NCBI GenBank assembly: GCA_041576165.1
Contig: JBFGLM010000060.1
Coordinates: forward strand, 1 to 25,201
DNA from: Acidimicrobiia bacterium
GTDB lineage: Bacteria; Actinomycetota; Acidimicrobiia; Spongiisociales; Spongiisociaceae
DNA length: 25,201 bases
Reading direction: 5' to 3'
Below, piece by piece: positions 24,526 through 25,201 of the stretch. The stretch's first letter is position 1. Every line of letters begins with the position of its first letter. Under the pieces are notes generated by a model, which saw only the letters and a program-made list of their open reading frames with translations, was not told the DNA's origin and did not search any database. The position numbers and the translations under genes are program-made.

Positions 24526-25201
24526 TCTCAGCCGGTGAAGTCGATCGGTACATCGACGCGCTCCTCCAGAGTGATCGGGCTGTTGGGGAAGCGGTGGTGC
24601 GTGGGTTGGTCCACGCGGGTGTCAGCGCCGGCGAGATTGTCGACGACCTGATCGGCGTTGCCCAGACGCGGATAGGCAACCTGTGGGAGCGCAACCAGAT
24701 CAGCGTCTCGCAAGAACACCTCGCAACTGCGATGAGCGCGCACTTGGTGAGCCTGGCAACAGAGCTGGCTCCGCCCCCCACCACCCTGGACACTCGAATC
24801 CTGGTCGCCAGCTCCCCCGGAGAATGGCATCGCCTTGCAGCCGACATGGTGTGTGATCTCGCCGCGGCGGCGGGTGCCGACGTGCTGGCTCCGCCCAGCA
24901 CCGCATCCGCCGGGCAGCTGATCCCGGTCGTCCATGATGAGGGCCCCGAGGTCATCGCTCTCAGCTGCGCAATGCCGGCAAACCTGGCCCGCGCCTACTC
25001 GGTGGTCTCGATCGCCCGAGAAGCGCGCGTGCCGATCATCGTCGGAGGCAGAGCTTTCACCCAAGCGCCGGGTCGCGCAGAAGTGTTCGGCGTTGCGCTG
25101 GCCGGCTCGATCGGCGAGTTACTCGAGCGTCTGGCCGGCATGGAGGTGTGGATACCGCGGGCGGGCGCCGACGACGCAGCCCGGCGGATCGGTATTTTCG
25201 A
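24522..25201 (+). CDS. Cobalamin (B12)-binding domain protein, CarH-type, with no N-terminal HTH; 3' partial
   Basis: Absent from the ORF track because it has no stop in the window. ATG 24522 overlaps the SpoIIE stop. Reads MISAGEVDRYIDALLQSD...IGNLWERNQISVSQEHLATA...PGEWHRL...IALSCAM...IIVGGRAF and is open to the window end. Confidence 0.85.
   Translation, partial: MISAGEVDRYIDALLQSDRAVGEAVVRGLVHAGVSAGEIVDDLIGVAQTRIGNLWERNQISVSQEHLATAMSAHLVSLATELAPPPTTLDTRILVASSPGEWHRLAADMVCDLAAAAGADVLAPPSTASAGQLIPVVHDEGPEVIALSCAMPANLARAYSVVSIAREARVPIIVGGRAFTQAPGRAEVFGVALAGSIGELLERLAGMEVWIPRAGADDAARRIGIF

Noticed and set aside
24528-25064. Minus-strand ORFs at the window end
   Set aside because: Shadow of the + strand B12-binding gene starting at 24522.

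Overview
High-GC actinobacterial (Acidimicrobiia-like, inferred) chromosomal segment with about 27 CDSs. I saw no rRNA, tRNA, CRISPR array or intact mobile element. In order: 3' end of an ASCH-type/winged-helix gene; a small Zn-ribbon ORF; a 4-TM membrane protein; a membrane-anchored LuxR regulator; a Zn-dependent MDR dehydrogenase; an SH3 lipoprotein; xylulokinase (xylB) with an upstream DUF4380-like gene, their junction present twice as a diverged ~282-bp tandem duplication; a USP; a fused E1alpha-E1beta 2-oxoacid dehydrogenase with a divergent Lrp/AsnC regulator; cupin, DUF4870 and DM13 genes; two paralogous lipoproteins divergent from a peptidoglycan-binding adaptor/MacB-like ABC exporter operon; a ~190-nt highly structured intergenic element; a frameshifted alpha/beta hydrolase downstream of a PsrA-like TetR with a double palindromic operator; a translationally coupled N-formylglutamate amidohydrolase / HExxxH (DUF1704, MATCAP-like) metallopeptidase / GshB-like ATP-grasp ligase operon; a SAM methyltransferase; and a PAS-GAF-SpoIIE phosphatase coupled to an HTH-less CarH-type B12-binding protein that runs off the window end. 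The best candidate for an uncharacterised system is the ATP-grasp ligase plus two-hydrolase operon, a possible reversible peptide-tagging module. All family assignments come from motif recognition by eye, not database searches.
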